A DNA stretch of 64,000 nt from a virus. The notes beneath the pieces were generated by a model that made no database searches, was not told where the DNA came from, and saw nothing but the letters and a program-made list of their open reading frames with translations. Shown here piece by piece: positions 28,864 to 37,913 of the stretch (within the stretch, counting starts at the first letter, position 1; each line of letters begins with the position of its first letter). The stretch lies in the IMG/VR virus record IMGVR_UViG_3300033074_002003. One strand, 5' to 3'. A program made the translations under genes and the position numbers.

Positions 28864-29048
28864 CTCGCGATCGCCGTGTCAGTGTGAATGATCGCAATCC
28901 TCACGAGCTTGCCCTCAAATACTACGTGAGCGGCGAACGAGGGATAGTTGTACTCGTACGAATTCGTAATGACGCCGACGTATCCCGGGTAGGTCATAAT
29001 CAGATCTCCCACCTTGGGTGGACGCAACTCTGGATGCGTGCGTCTCAT
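28860..29048 (-). CDS. array-family small protein
   Basis: PKVGDLIMTYPGYVGVI...TAIAR; ATGA coupling. Confidence 0.55.
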   Translation of the reverse strand: MRRTHPELRPPKVGDLIMTYPGYVGVITNSYEYNYPSFAAHVVFEGKLVRIAIIHTDTAIAR

Positions 29049-29401
29049 CCCACCACCCTGTCCTCGTACGAGAGCGCGAGCATTGCGAGCCCGCTCACGC
29101 CTTGCACGACACAGAGAGCTCTGGGCCAGCTGTGTTCCCACCCGAGCTCGAGGTCGATCCGCTCTAGCACGACACCGACCAAACTGCCCATGCGATACTC
29201 GCCCGCGACGAGGTCACCGAAACGCACGTGATGGTACTGCTTGGTGCCCGCGGCCATACCCACACTGTAGCTCACGCGGGCGGCTCCTACACGTGCAACC
29301 CTCGGTGACCCGCAGGACCCTCCGGTGTGTGGGAAGTGGTACCACCCATCCCTGTCGGTAAGGGTCCCACGTGGGTCACCCGGGGGACACGGGACGGTCA
29401 C
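29045..29401 (-). CDS. array-family small protein (N-terminally extended)
   Basis: VRFGDLVAGEY...DRVVG; ATGA coupling. Confidence 0.5.
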   Translation of the reverse strand: MTVPCPPGDPRGTLTDRDGWYHFPHTGGSCGSPRVARVGAARVSYSVGMAAGTKQYHHVRFGDLVAGEYRMGSLVGVVLERIDLELGWEHSWPRALCVVQGVSGLAMLALSYEDRVVG

Positions 29402-29676
29402 CGGACCACCCGTGCACGGTGCAGGTCCAAGTCAGCCGTCTCGCCTGCGTGAGTGTCTTCCCACAGTTCTGCCGAGCGAGTCTCGATGTCGATGACGTTT
29501 TTCACGTGTTCGTACGTGGTGATACCCGTCACTACGAAAATCTCGACGTCGTAGTCTTCGTGGAGGAGGATAAGGTCTCCCACGAAGAGTCGCAGGTCTG
29601 ACAGTTTGACGTAAGCGTCGCACTCTTCAACGTCGCACTCTTCAAAGACACTGGCAGTATCGCGTTCCTTGATCAT
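29398..29676 (-). CDS. array-family small protein
   Basis: LRLFVGDLILLHEDYDVEIFVV...ARVVR. Confidence 0.55.
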   Translation of the reverse strand: MIKERDTASVFEECDVEECDAYVKLSDLRLFVGDLILLHEDYDVEIFVVTGITTYEHVKNVIDIETRSAELWEDTHAGETADLDLHRARVVR

Positions 29677-29894
29677 CGCGCTAGCACCTGCGATCTGTTT
29701 ATGACGTACTCGGGCGACTCGGCCGGGTAGTGACGATACATTGCGACCGCGTTGCTGCAAAAAAACGTGTCGACATCGATAGTGCCGCGAACGAACCCTT
29801 CCTCAATGCCGGTGATGACGATCAACCCATCTGATGCTAACAGCAGGTCTCCCACGAACAACCGAAGCTCTGATAGCGACAGCGTTTTAGTCAT
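29673..29894 (-). CDS. array-family small protein
   Basis: LRLFVGDLLLASDGLIVI...SQVLAR (near-duplicate N-term of neighbour). Confidence 0.55.
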   Translation of the reverse strand: MTKTLSLSELRLFVGDLLLASDGLIVITGIEEGFVRGTIDVDTFFCSNAVAMYRHYPAESPEYVINRSQVLAR

Positions 29895-30133
29895 CTCGCG
29901 AGCACCCTGAATTTCCCGGCAAACCAGTGATGTTTTTCCGCACCATGTGGTGTAGAGCCACAAGTAATCGGATCGAACACCCAAACGTTCACGCCGTAAT
30001 CGTGGTGAGGTACGACTGCGTGAATCACTCCGATCCTTCGCCCGTTGCGCTCAATGATAAGATCTCCCACGCAGAACTTGATGTCCAACATGCCGAGGTG
30101 ACCCGGAGTGGGTGTGGGATATTCCTTCGCCAT
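29891..30133 (-). CDS. array-family small protein
   Basis: FCVGDLIIERNGRRIGVI...FRVLAR. Confidence 0.55.
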   Translation of the reverse strand: MAKEYPTPTPGHLGMLDIKFCVGDLIIERNGRRIGVIHAVVPHHDYGVNVWVFDPITCGSTPHGAEKHHWFAGKFRVLAR

Positions 30134-30134
30134 T

Positions 30135-30344
30135 TCACCTCGCTAGCACTGTGAGTTCGCCAGCGAAAGCTCGATCGACGTTGATGCCGTTGCCGAACTT
30201 CTCGACGATCGCGGCTTGGTAGTGCGGTCCTACCCATCCCGTGACGACAGCAACTCTTCTTCTTGGCTGCACGATCTGCCCGTCGCTCGTATAGAAGCAC
30301 TCGCCGAAGAGCACGAGGTCGCCCACGCGAAATATCGAGCTCAT
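30135..30344 (-). CDS. array-family small protein
   Basis: MSSIFRVGDLVLFGE...LTVLAR. Confidence 0.6.
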   Translation of the reverse strand: MSSIFRVGDLVLFGECFYTSDGQIVQPRRRVAVVTGWVGPHYQAAIVEKFGNGINVDRAFAGELTVLAR

Positions 30345-30532
30345 CTCGCGATCACCGAAGCGCCCCAGATTATGACCTGCGGGTAGAGCGTCGCACTTGC
30401 ACGCTTGACTCCCGTGCCGTAGAATTGATCTGTGCTGTCGTACGCAATGAGGGTGATGACGTATATGCCCACCCGGTCAGCGACGAGGTCACCGAAGCGC
30501 CCTCTCGGGAATGTCAGAAGCGGATGGCTCAT
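30341..30532 (-). CDS. array-family small protein
   Basis: GRFGDLVADRVGIYVI...ASVIAR; ATGA coupling. Confidence 0.6.
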   Translation of the reverse strand: MSHPLLTFPRGRFGDLVADRVGIYVITLIAYDSTDQFYGTGVKRASATLYPQVIIWGASVIAR

Positions 30533-30756
30533 CGCGCAATCACCCTGGCACTCCGCACTGTGATATCTGCAAGGAAGATCTCCTTCGCACAGCCTGTAAC
30601 GTGAAAGTAGAACACCCTGTGCGAGTCGTCCATCATGTGAATCATGTGAGGGGCGTCGTGGTTGATGTGTGTGATGACGTAAACACCGCGCAACGTCGTG
30701 ATGAGATCACCCACCCGGGCATCTGGAAACCTGAGCGTGTGTACTGACAGGTTCAT
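30529..30756 (-). CDS. array-family small protein
   Basis: ARVGDLITTLRGVYVI...ARVIAR; ATGA coupling. Confidence 0.6.
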   Translation of the reverse strand: MNLSVHTLRFPDARVGDLITTLRGVYVITHINHDAPHMIHMMDDSHRVFYFHVTGCAKEIFLADITVRSARVIAR

Positions 30757-30989
30757 TTGCTGTCACTCGCGAGCGTCACTTCGGTGACGAGTCCCGTTCT
30801 CACCGTGCGCCTCCCACGGCCGTCAATATACCAATTTGCTTGCGCATTTTCCGTGCCGTCTGTCACAAGACCAAACTGATTCCAGCGATCTCTACCTGTG
30901 ACGACGAGCACGTCTTTGTTAGTGATGAGAAGATCACCCACACGCACGTATGGGTTCGTGTACGGAAAGTTCGATGCGAGAAATTTCAC
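30753..30989 (-). CDS. array-family small protein (ends ASDSK)
   Basis: YVRVGDLLITNKDVLVV; GTGA coupling. Confidence 0.5.
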   Translation of the reverse strand: MKFLASNFPYTNPYVRVGDLLITNKDVLVVTGRDRWNQFGLVTDGTENAQANWYIDGRGRRTVRTGLVTEVTLASDSK

Positions 30990-31228
30990 CCTTTTGCCCA
31001 CTTGCAGTACTCGCTGTGAGCGTGCTTCTGTTCGGGAGAACCCACGATGTACAGGTCAACTGCCCCGCGGAGCATAGTCTCCGCGTTGCCGCGGATCGAT
31101 ACGCGGTAGATCTCTAGAAGTTCTCCGCGGGCATCCAACTTGCGACACCGACCGATGACGACGCCCACCCACTTCCCGCGCTGGCCCGTGACGAGGTCAC
31201 CGACGCGAAATAATTTCAGGTGATCCAC
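30986..31228 (-). CDS. array-family small protein (C-terminus divergent)
   Basis: MDHLKLFRVGDLVTGQRGKWVGVVIG. Confidence 0.5.
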   Translation of the reverse strand: MDHLKLFRVGDLVTGQRGKWVGVVIGRCRKLDARGELLEIYRVSIRGNAETMLRGAVDLYIVGSPEQKHAHSEYCKWAKG

Positions 31229-32295
31229 TTGATCCCCTCGGTGAAGGCGACGTGCTCTGCCTCTTCGTTCGGGTTCGTCGTGTACCGACAGTCCCTCCCG
31301 AGTCTTTTCTCGCGTTCATCTTCGATAATGCTGTAGCATGTCCCGGTCCCGTAGCCATTTATCTTCTTCGTGTCGCGCCTGATCTCCTCGATCGTCTCGA
31401 TGTCGACAGGATCACACGCGACCTCTGTATCGTACGCGGGCGAGGTGATGAAGTAGACGTTGCGTATGCGGCGGGGTACTTCGCCGCCATGGCGGAAGCG
31501 TTCGACGTAGAACCAATCGATGCGATCTGCCCACGACAGTTTGTCCCACTCTGTGTGGTGGCGATTGTTGATTTCGGCTCGGGCTTTCCATTCGGCGTGG
31601 TAGTGCTCGCAGCCCGCAGTGGGCCAGAAATCTGGACGTATTGGAGTTCCGAGGAACGCGTACACTTTCTTTCCTGGTTTCGTTGGGATCGTACACGCAC
31701 CCAGGAAGATGTCCGTTGCACCGTTTCGCCTCGCGTATACGCGCCCGACGACGAGCGACGAGGGCGTGATCGCTGGGCGCGATTTGCTGCCCCCGCGTGT
31801 CCCATCGATCAGGTCGCGCTGCTTCTCCATTTCACTGTGCTGTTCGCCGCCCACGAGCACGAGCCTCACGGCGGAGCCAAGGATCCCCCAGACGAACTGC
31901 CCCACGATTTGGCCTCCCGCGAGGACACCGCGGTGTCGCAGCGCCTCGAGGAGCTGGTCCTCGCGGAGGTCGAAGAGTCGCTTCTTCTCGTCGATGACGC
32001 GGTACGCTCGTCCGCCCTCGTTCCGCACTTCGAGGTCGATGATCCGCAGCGTCGTTGGGTCGTTCTTCTCGCGTGTGACCTCGACGTCAGGCGTGGGCGT
32101 ACCCGTGAGCGACCACCTGTACCCGTTTGCCCAGCGTTCCGCAGTCGCGGGCGCTGTTTTCGAGTCGGGATTGTACGCGAACGTAGGGACGACCTCTACG
32201 ACCTCTCCTGTGAGAAGTATCCTCTTCTCTGCCTTGCGAGAGACGTAGCACACCTCGTTGAGCAACCTCATAGCACCCGTCGTCTTGCTCTTCAT
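31216..32295 (-). CDS. hypothetical 359-aa protein embedded in array (non-family)
   Basis: ATG MKSKTT overlaps upstream family stop (ATGA); coherent translation; antisense ORF is Arg/Pro junk. Confidence 0.5.
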   Translation of the reverse strand: MKSKTTGAMRLLNEVCYVSRKAEKRILLTGEVVEVVPTFAYNPDSKTAPATAERWANGYRWSLTGTPTPDVEVTREKNDPTTLRIIDLEVRNEGGRAYRVIDEKKRLFDLREDQLLEALRHRGVLAGGQIVGQFVWGILGSAVRLVLVGGEQHSEMEKQRDLIDGTRGGSKSRPAITPSSLVVGRVYARRNGATDIFLGACTIPTKPGKKVYAFLGTPIRPDFWPTAGCEHYHAEWKARAEINNRHHTEWDKLSWADRIDWFYVERFRHGGEVPRRIRNVYFITSPAYDTEVACDPVDIETIEEIRRDTKKINGYGTGTCYSIIEDEREKRLGRDCRYTTNPNEEAEHVAFTEGIKWIT

Positions 32296-32483
32296 GTTCT
32301 CTCTCCCTCGAGCTCGCTCTCCCACACGTAACTCATCGTCCCGTCACACCACATGATGTGATGATCGACAGCGTGCAGATGTGTATCACCAAAGCTTTTT
32401 ACGATGACACCAGTGACGTTATCTTTCTCGCGACCCTCAATTAACCGCGAGTGAAGCACCAGATCGCCGACGTGTCTGATCAC
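32292..32483 (-). CDS. array-family small protein (GTG start)
   Basis: VIRHVGDLVLHSRLIEG; GTGA coupling. Confidence 0.45.
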   Translation of the reverse strand: MIRHVGDLVLHSRLIEGREKDNVTGVIVKSFGDTHLHAVDHHIMWCDGTMSYVWESELEGERT

Positions 32484-32695
32484 TCGCACAGGAGGATCGC
32501 CTCTGGGTGCGTGCGTACCCACACCGTGCCAACTTCAAATACGTGCCGCCCATCTAACCCGCTGTGTGCGGAATGAATCTGAAGGGCGCCTGGGTCTGTG
32601 CCGATAACGACACCGATACCAGACGGGTCGTACTTCACGCCGTCCACTTCCTCCTCGACGTGAACGAGATTCCCGACGCGGAACCCGTGTGTCAT
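32480..32695 (-). CDS. array-family small protein (divergent: FRVGNLVHV)
   Basis: ATGA coupling. Confidence 0.5.
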   Translation of the reverse strand: MTHGFRVGNLVHVEEEVDGVKYDPSGIGVVIGTDPGALQIHSAHSGLDGRHVFEVGTVWVRTHPEAILLCE

Positions 32696-33072
32696 CGCGC
32701 GAGCAGTCTGAAGTTGCTGAGCATCATCGCGCGGTGCTTGCTGATGTTACTACCCACGGCGATCATGACCTCGCTTCCACCCAGAACGACAACGAGCGCG
32801 GGGAACATCTTGCTGTCAGCGCGGCTTAGGTAGAGGTCGCCCGCACGCGCGAGCGACACACTTCGCCCATCCTCGAACGCGTCAGCGATCTCACCGACGT
32901 CGACAGTATCACTCGCGCTCGTATCACTGCTATCCAGCTCGGTGACCACTGTGCCCCGGAGTTTCACACACGCGTTCGCGAGCGCCATCGCGCGCATCCG
33001 GAACTCGTCTGTGTACTGTTGCGCTGTCATGGGTCTCTCGGTGAATGTACCACACAGAGTGCGAGAGTTCAC
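32692..33072 (-). CDS. array-family small protein (N-terminally extended; ends FRLLAR)
   Basis: ARAGDLYLSRADS...; ATGA coupling. Confidence 0.5.
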   Translation of the reverse strand: MNSRTLCGTFTERPMTAQQYTDEFRMRAMALANACVKLRGTVVTELDSSDTSASDTVDVGEIADAFEDGRSVSLARAGDLYLSRADSKMFPALVVVLGGSEVMIAVGSNISKHRAMMLSNFRLLAR

Positions 33073-33075
33073 GTG

Positions 33076-33390
33076 TCACCGGTACTCCATGACAGCGATG
33101 CTGCGTCTAAAAGTGCTTCGATCCGGGCGGCAAGTCATCCTGCGGTTGTCAACGAGAGCGCTCGAAGAGAACGTAGAATCGAGTGCAATCCAGATCGAAT
33201 GTGTGATAATTGCGATGTCACCCACTCGACCCAGCTGTTTGCAACGTGTGGCGCCCTGGCGCAACATTGCCACGAGCAGCTCTCGCGTCTCGACAACAAA
33301 CCACGTATAATCACTGTCGCGCGCGTGGCTCAGTATGACGAACCCGCCGCTATCGATCCACCGGAGCGCTACGTCAATATCGACTGTCAT
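33076..33390 (-). CDS. array-family divergent member (RVGDIAI motif internal; ends AVMEYR)
   Basis: ATG MTVDIDV overlaps upstream stop (ATGA). Confidence 0.4.
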   Translation of the reverse strand: MTVDIDVALRWIDSGGFVILSHARDSDYTWFVVETRELLVAMLRQGATRCKQLGRVGDIAIITHSIWIALDSTFSSSALVDNRRMTCRPDRSTFRRSIAVMEYR

Positions 33391-33686
33391 CGGGCGATCC
33401 TCCGACCCCTGAGGTGAATGACAGCGTTTATGTCTGTTCTGATTGCCATCATCGACTGCGAGTAAACCATGTAGATACCGACAAGCTCGCCGGGTGGGAA
33501 CATGTCTATGCTCGTTATCACCATCAGCACGGCCGTGCCTACCAAGACTAAGTCGCCGACGCGCACGATAGTGTCTTGTGTCGTGCGAGCGGCGCCTGAC
33601 TTCGAAAAGTTCCCGTACGTGAACCACGTCCACCCGCGCTTCTCGGGACAGAAATCGCGGTCTACGAGAGACGCGTACGTCGACAC
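33387..33686 (-). CDS. array-family small protein
   Basis: IVRVGDLVLVGTAVLMVI...GRRIAR. Confidence 0.55.
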   Translation of the reverse strand: MSTYASLVDRDFCPEKRGWTWFTYGNFSKSGAARTTQDTIVRVGDLVLVGTAVLMVITSIDMFPPGELVGIYMVYSQSMMAIRTDINAVIHLRGRRIAR

Positions 33687-33982
33687 TACGCGATCCTCTT
33701 GCCCAAAATGGCGGCTATGCTAGAGCGCGTATCAATGCGGTACATTTGGGAAACGGGAAGAGCGAAGCGCCGGGATGTATGTCGGTGTTTAAATCCCTCG
33801 TAGATGATCGCGTCGGCCGTGCTACACGAGAGGAGAAGAGCGCCGTCGTCACGAATGATCAGGTCTCCACATCGCACGAGCGACATCTTTCCCGTTCTCG
33901 CTCTTACCTCACAGATGTTTCCCGCTGAGAACGCATAGCTTGTTCGCGGTACATCCTTGTGATCGTAGTGCAAGTGGATCAT
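33686..33982 (-). CDS. array-family small protein (start uncertain; core begins MSLVRCGDLII at about 33886)
   Basis: ends ILGKRIA; upstream 33983-34118 coding status unclear. Confidence 0.4.
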   Translation of the reverse strand: MIHLHYDHKDVPRTSYAFSAGNICEVRARTGKMSLVRCGDLIIRDDGALLLSCSTADAIIYEGFKHRHTSRRFALPVSQMYRIDTRSSIAAILGKRIA

Positions 33983-34118
33983 GTGGTGTATGTCGCGCGA
34001 ACTTTTGTCTGCTGAATGCACGGTGAACAAGAATAGCCCGGGAAGGGGAGGCGCGAACGAGACGAGCCTCTCTGTCCACGAGTACGTCCCACCCGTGCGC
34101 CACAGGTAGCGATTGAGA

Positions 34119-34541
34119 TCAAGCGTCTTCACTGGGCATCTCCCCGACGTACGCGCCCATCCACCCGACTGTGATGAGTTTGCCGTACGTTGTCGACCAG
34201 TACGTGAACTCCTTCCTGTCGTTGAATTTAAGGTGAACGAGCACGTCATAGCGAGTGATGATGAGGTCACCGACCATCGCGTGACGGAGGCGCGGTCCAG
34301 GCGACATGCTCGCGTTGTAGATGTCGTACGCGCGATAATGGCTATCGTGTAGGTAGAGCTCTGTGTACTCCATGCGCGTCTGCACCACGTGGCCGTCAGC
34401 GCAGTACATCTTCATCGTGAGCACGTATCCCAGTCCCGTGCGCGAAGAAGGGACGACGTCAGTGATCACACACGCCCTCCCGTTGCTGTTGGGCATCACT
34501 TTCACACCGATGAGGTGCGTGCAGTCTCGCCTCTTCTCCAC
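34119..34541 (-). CDS. array-family protein (140 aa; AMVGDLIITRYDVLV; ends MPSEDA)
   Basis: family motif central; longer N-terminal region. Confidence 0.45.
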   Translation of the reverse strand: MEKRRDCTHLIGVKVMPNSNGRACVITDVVPSSRTGLGYVLTMKMYCADGHVVQTRMEYTELYLHDSHYRAYDIYNASMSPGPRLRHAMVGDLIITRYDVLVHLKFNDRKEFTYWSTTYGKLITVGWMGAYVGEMPSEDA

Positions 34542-34543
34542 AG

Positions 34544-34969
34544 TCAGTCCTCCTCAATGAGACGACCGACTAGGAGCTCAGCATTTACGATGTACTGTAG
34601 TGGTGACGGGAATTCTACTTCTGCGGGACAGAAAAATTGAAAGTATTCCGAATCTTCGAGTGACTCGCCGAGGAAGACTTTGATTCGTGGCTCGTCCTCC
34701 CATCGCCACCTGAACTCGACGAGGTCTCCCACCCTGAGAACGACGGCCCTACACTCGCCCCGCCTGATGATGTCCCTGAACGGAACGGCGATCGCGTGAC
34801 GGTGAGCGTCGCGATCGTATGTCTCAAACTGGAGCGGTTCAACGTACTCCCGGCCGGGAGCGTCTAGGAACCCAATGGCTTTCGGGTATGGCTGCGTCCA
34901 CTCTACGATTTGTTCGGGAACGATGTGTGGTGCACTGTACGTTAGGTACCGCGAAAAATCTGGGTGCAT
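34544..34969 (-). CDS. array-family protein (141 aa; LRVGDLVEF; ends RLIEED)
   Basis: TGATG junction with upstream gene. Confidence 0.45.
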   Translation of the reverse strand: MHPDFSRYLTYSAPHIVPEQIVEWTQPYPKAIGFLDAPGREYVEPLQFETYDRDAHRHAIAVPFRDIIRRGECRAVVLRVGDLVEFRWRWEDEPRIKVFLGESLEDSEYFQFFCPAEVEFPSPLQYIVNAELLVGRLIEED

Positions 34970-35343
34970 CAGGCAAGCCTCTTGCCGATGAAGATGTCAA
35001 CATCATACATGACATTGCACGATCTCTTGGGTGATGCGGATCTAAATACGCAGAAGTTGCCAAGCCAGACGCCGAGGTGACCCATGTCGTTCGCCATGAG
35101 ATCACCAACTCGTAGGAGCTGCGCGAAGTCGCTAAGTCGAGTGCCCGGGCGAACGTCCAAATCGAGTCGCTGGCTCATGCGTGCCCACCCCAGTCGCTGG
35201 CGCGGGCCAACAATGCTGGGTGAGATGATGTGTGCGCGTGGCCATGTGACGTATCGCCTCTCGAGGATCAAGTTGTCGTTCGTGTCCGTGAACGAGACAC
35301 GGAAGTGGTGAGACGTGTCGGGATGTTCTGCGTCTGCTCTCAC
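34969..35343 (-). CDS. array-family protein (124 aa; LLRVGDLMAND; ends GKRLA)
   Basis: ATGA coupling. Confidence 0.5.
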   Translation of the reverse strand: MRADAEHPDTSHHFRVSFTDTNDNLILERRYVTWPRAHIISPSIVGPRQRLGWARMSQRLDLDVRPGTRLSDFAQLLRVGDLMANDMGHLGVWLGNFCVFRSASPKRSCNVMYDVDIFIGKRLA

Positions 35344-35702
35344 GCGATACGATCTCCTACGACGACTGAGCAGTTCCCACCGAAATCATAGAGCCCCACG
35401 AGGTCCGGAAATTCGCCTGGTGACGAGGACATGAACACAACTCTATCACCTGTGTACACGAGCAACACGCCGTCTGACACGACGAGATCACCGACGCGAA
35501 GGAGTACGAGACGCGAGTGCCTGTAGTGAAGCACGCTCGTATATGAATTAGACGCTTTTACGAAGCGCGAGCCGCTCACCATCTTCACATACTCGAGGAG
35601 GTGCGGTGGCGTGTAGCGGTGGGCGTCGGGATGAAATCGCACGATGCCGTCGATCGGGGAGATTTGGATCTCGAAACTGCAGACATTTGACCTGAACCTC
35701 AC
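35340..35702 (-). CDS. array-family protein (120 aa; VLLRVGDLVVSDGVLLV; ends GDRIA)
   Basis: ATGA coupling. Confidence 0.5.
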   Translation of the reverse strand: MRFRSNVCSFEIQISPIDGIVRFHPDAHRYTPPHLLEYVKMVSGSRFVKASNSYTSVLHYRHSRLVLLRVGDLVVSDGVLLVYTGDRVVFMSSSPGEFPDLVGLYDFGGNCSVVVGDRIA

Positions 35703-35917
35703 GAGATCACCCTCAACACGCGAAAGATGTTGTCAGTCACCAAGTCAACGAGCGTTCCACGATAAGGATTCAACGAAGGAAAATAGAATTCGAGGCGGTC
35801 GTGACCGTAAGCAGCAGTCGTACCGCAGTACACAGCAATGCAAGCGCCAGTAACGCTCTCGAGCTCGAGAAAGTCGCCCGTCCTGTACACGCGCCTCTCC
35901 ACCTGTGTTTTCTTCAT
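35699..35917 (-). CDS. array-family small protein (YRTGDFLELE; ends LRVIS)
   Basis: ATGA coupling. Confidence 0.5.
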   Translation of the reverse strand: MKKTQVERRVYRTGDFLELESVTGACIAVYCGTTAAYGHDRLEFYFPSLNPYRGTLVDLVTDNIFRVLRVIS

Positions 35918-36120
35918 CGCGCGAGGATCCTGAACTGCCCATTGTGCGCAAACTGCCTGAATTTCACGACGCCCACGCCCGTCGACGCGAAGAACACGCG
36001 CAGTTCCTCGCCGTCGGGCCCACCAATCCAGACGCACATCCAGAGGGGCGTCCCTGGTTTCGAGCTCAGGTGCAGGTCGATGAGGTCGCCCGTGCGGAGC
36101 GATTGGTGTGACGCATTCAT
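35914..36120 (-). CDS. array-family small protein
   Basis: LRTGDLIDLHL...FRILAR; ATGA coupling. Confidence 0.55.
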   Translation of the reverse strand: MNASHQSLRTGDLIDLHLSSKPGTPLWMCVWIGGPDGEELRVFFASTGVGVVKFRQFAHNGQFRILAR

Positions 36121-36638
36121 CGAGCGAGGACCTTACCGAAGACGATAAACCCGTACGGGATCACGCGAGCGTAGAATTCACACATACCGATACGGTTTGG
36201 GAAATAAAACTGTGCTGAGACAGATTGTTCACCGCGAGGACCAAAGTAGATCCCGGGCGCGTCAACCTCCGTCCTCGAGAAGAGGTCACCCACTCGCAGG
36301 CGTCGAGGTTCCCACTCACCAACGGGACGAAATTCCGCACGGGGAAACCACATGACACCGCACTTCGGAACGTAGCGCGGGGGTTCTCTCCCACACCATA
36401 CCTGCCCGATCGAGCTACCATCGATCGCGATCACGCTCATCTCACTGCCACACCCGCGCGGGTACCAGCCGACGACCTCACCGCTCGCGACGAGAAAGAC
36501 CTCACCGCAGATCTCTACAAGCTCGAGGCCCGAGTGGATGTCGAAGTCTGTGGACATGTCGCTGAGCATATACTCAGCCTCTATCGCTGACGGCAGCGAC
36601 TGGCGATCTGGGTGCGGGAGTGAGACACTCTTCTTCAC
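36117..36638 (-). CDS. array-family protein, long form (173 aa, about 110-aa N-terminal extension)
   Basis: C-terminal half RLRVGDLFSRTE...GKVLAR; ATGA coupling. Confidence 0.5.
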   Translation of the reverse strand: MKKSVSLPHPDRQSLPSAIEAEYMLSDMSTDFDIHSGLELVEICGEVFLVASGEVVGWYPRGCGSEMSVIAIDGSSIGQVWCGREPPRYVPKCGVMWFPRAEFRPVGEWEPRRLRVGDLFSRTEVDAPGIYFGPRGEQSVSAQFYFPNRIGMCEFYARVIPYGFIVFGKVLAR

Positions 36639-36832
36639 CTGATGACGTACTCCCGTGCCGTCGTCTCGAAGTCGAGCCGCGCAAGATAAAGGGGCCCGTG
36701 CATATACTTCGGATGTGTCCAGATGTACATTGTGGAAAATTTTCCGGCGTCTGTGCGCGACGTCGTTTTCAGGACAACCGCGACGCCGAAGTGTTTGATG
36801 ACGAGGTCTCCCACACGGACAAAATCGATCAT
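36635..36832 (-). CDS. array-family small protein (YIWT subgroup)
   Basis: FVRVGDLVIKHFGVAVV...EYVIR. Confidence 0.55.
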   Translation of the reverse strand: MIDFVRVGDLVIKHFGVAVVLKTTSRTDAGKFSTMYIWTHPKYMHGPLYLARLDFETTAREYVIR

Positions 36833-37053
36833 CGCACCAACAGACACCCGTAGAGTGTCATGAGATCAACGCGCGTCATCTCACCGCGCCTTTTGGGCCC
36901 GCAGTCCGTGGTCCAGAGGTAGATTGCTGTGACACCTGAGGTACTGCTGTGGTCAAGTGTCATATCGAATAGCTCGAGCGCGACGGCAAATCCATGCAGT
37001 CGAACTAGCAAGTCGCCGGCACGGACGCAAGTGAAGTCTTGTGTGCACTTCAT
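36829..37053 (-). CDS. array-family small protein (YLWT subgroup)
   Basis: CVRAGDLLVRLHGFAVA...CLLVR. Confidence 0.55.
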   Translation of the reverse strand: MKCTQDFTCVRAGDLLVRLHGFAVALELFDMTLDHSSTSGVTAIYLWTTDCGPKRRGEMTRVDLMTLYGCLLVR

Positions 37054-37277
37054 CGCACGATCTCGTGCTCGAGGATGTCAGAGATTTGCATCTCACGGCT
37101 AACGTAGTGCTGTTCGGGATCGTCGGTCCAGAAGTACATGGTCCAGAAGTACGTTGTTGTGAAGCGTGGATTACCCGTGATGAACGGTCTCACCACGACG
37201 GCGATGCCCCTCTTCCTGATCACGAGGTCGCCGAGCCTGACGTACGGTATCAGCTTATCGGGCACCCTCGGTATCAT
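37050..37277 (-). CDS. array-family small protein (YFWT subgroup)
   Basis: YVRLGDLVIRKRGIAVVV...HEIVR. Confidence 0.55.
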   Translation of the reverse strand: MIPRVPDKLIPYVRLGDLVIRKRGIAVVVRPFITGNPRFTTTYFWTMYFWTDDPEQHYVSREMQISDILEHEIVR

Positions 37278-37501
37278 CGAACGACGCTGCTTTCCATGAT
37301 GCAGATCATGTTCATCGCCGAAATCGTACCCAATCTAGAATCGGTACGGTCGGTCCAGAGGTACATCACAGTGAAAAATCCGGGGGTGTCCTTGTGCTGT
37401 TCACGACCGATTTCGACCATGACAGCGAGTCCGGCAGCACGACACACGAGGTCGCCCGTCCTCACGAAGCGAGCGACGCGAACAGAGGGCCACGCGCTCA
37501 T
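37274..37501 (-). CDS. array-family small protein (YLWT subgroup)
   Basis: FVRTGDLVCRAAGLAVMV...SSVVR. Confidence 0.55.
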   Translation of the reverse strand: MSAWPSVRVARFVRTGDLVCRAAGLAVMVEIGREQHKDTPGFFTVMYLWTDRTDSRLGTISAMNMICIMESSVVR

Positions 37502-37698
37502 CTGACAATCGCCTCTCCACTGAGCATGATGTTTTTAATCTGTGTGGACGAACTGCGCCCAGAGGGCAGGAACACTACAGCGTTTGAGCGTTTGAGTGAC
37601 TCTTCGCCCCCGATGACGATGGCGAGGAAGTCGAATCGCACGACGAGATCGCCCACGAAGAACTGAACCCGTCCGTCATTGATATCGAACTTGATCAC
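37498..37698 (-). CDS. array-family small protein (GTG start)
   Basis: FFVGDLVVRFDFLAIVIG...EAIVR. Confidence 0.5.
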   Translation of the reverse strand: MIKFDINDGRVQFFVGDLVVRFDFLAIVIGGEESLKRSNAVVFLPSGRSSSTQIKNIMLSGEAIVR

Positions 37699-37913
37699 CT
37701 GACGATCCCCTTCAGCGCGCGCTGTGGGCCATACGCAGAAATGAACTCTGTCGAGAGGGACTCCCTCTCGTCCCACAAACCGCAGGCTCGCGTGGTGTTC
37801 CCGCTAACCGGTCCGATTACGACAGCGATACCATCTACTCTGATGACGAGGTCGCCAACGAACGTACGGTGGGTTGCGCCCGTGGGAATGTGCCACTTTT
37901 CTGCTCGCGTCAT
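37695..37913 (-). CDS. array-family small protein
   Basis: RTFVGDLVIRVDGIAVVIG...KGIVR; ATGA coupling. Confidence 0.55.
   Translation of the reverse strand: MTRAEKWHIPTGATHRTFVGDLVIRVDGIAVVIGPVSGNTTRACGLWDERESLSTEFISAYGPQRALKGIVR

Noticed and set aside
33076-34270. Full-length ORF-track calls 33076..33633 (185 aa) and 33686..34270 (194 aa)
   Set aside because: Their N-terminal parts overlap neighbouring family genes in other frames and are Arg-rich. Internal starts that restore ATGA coupling and family architecture were preferred. Region 33983-34118 remains unassigned.
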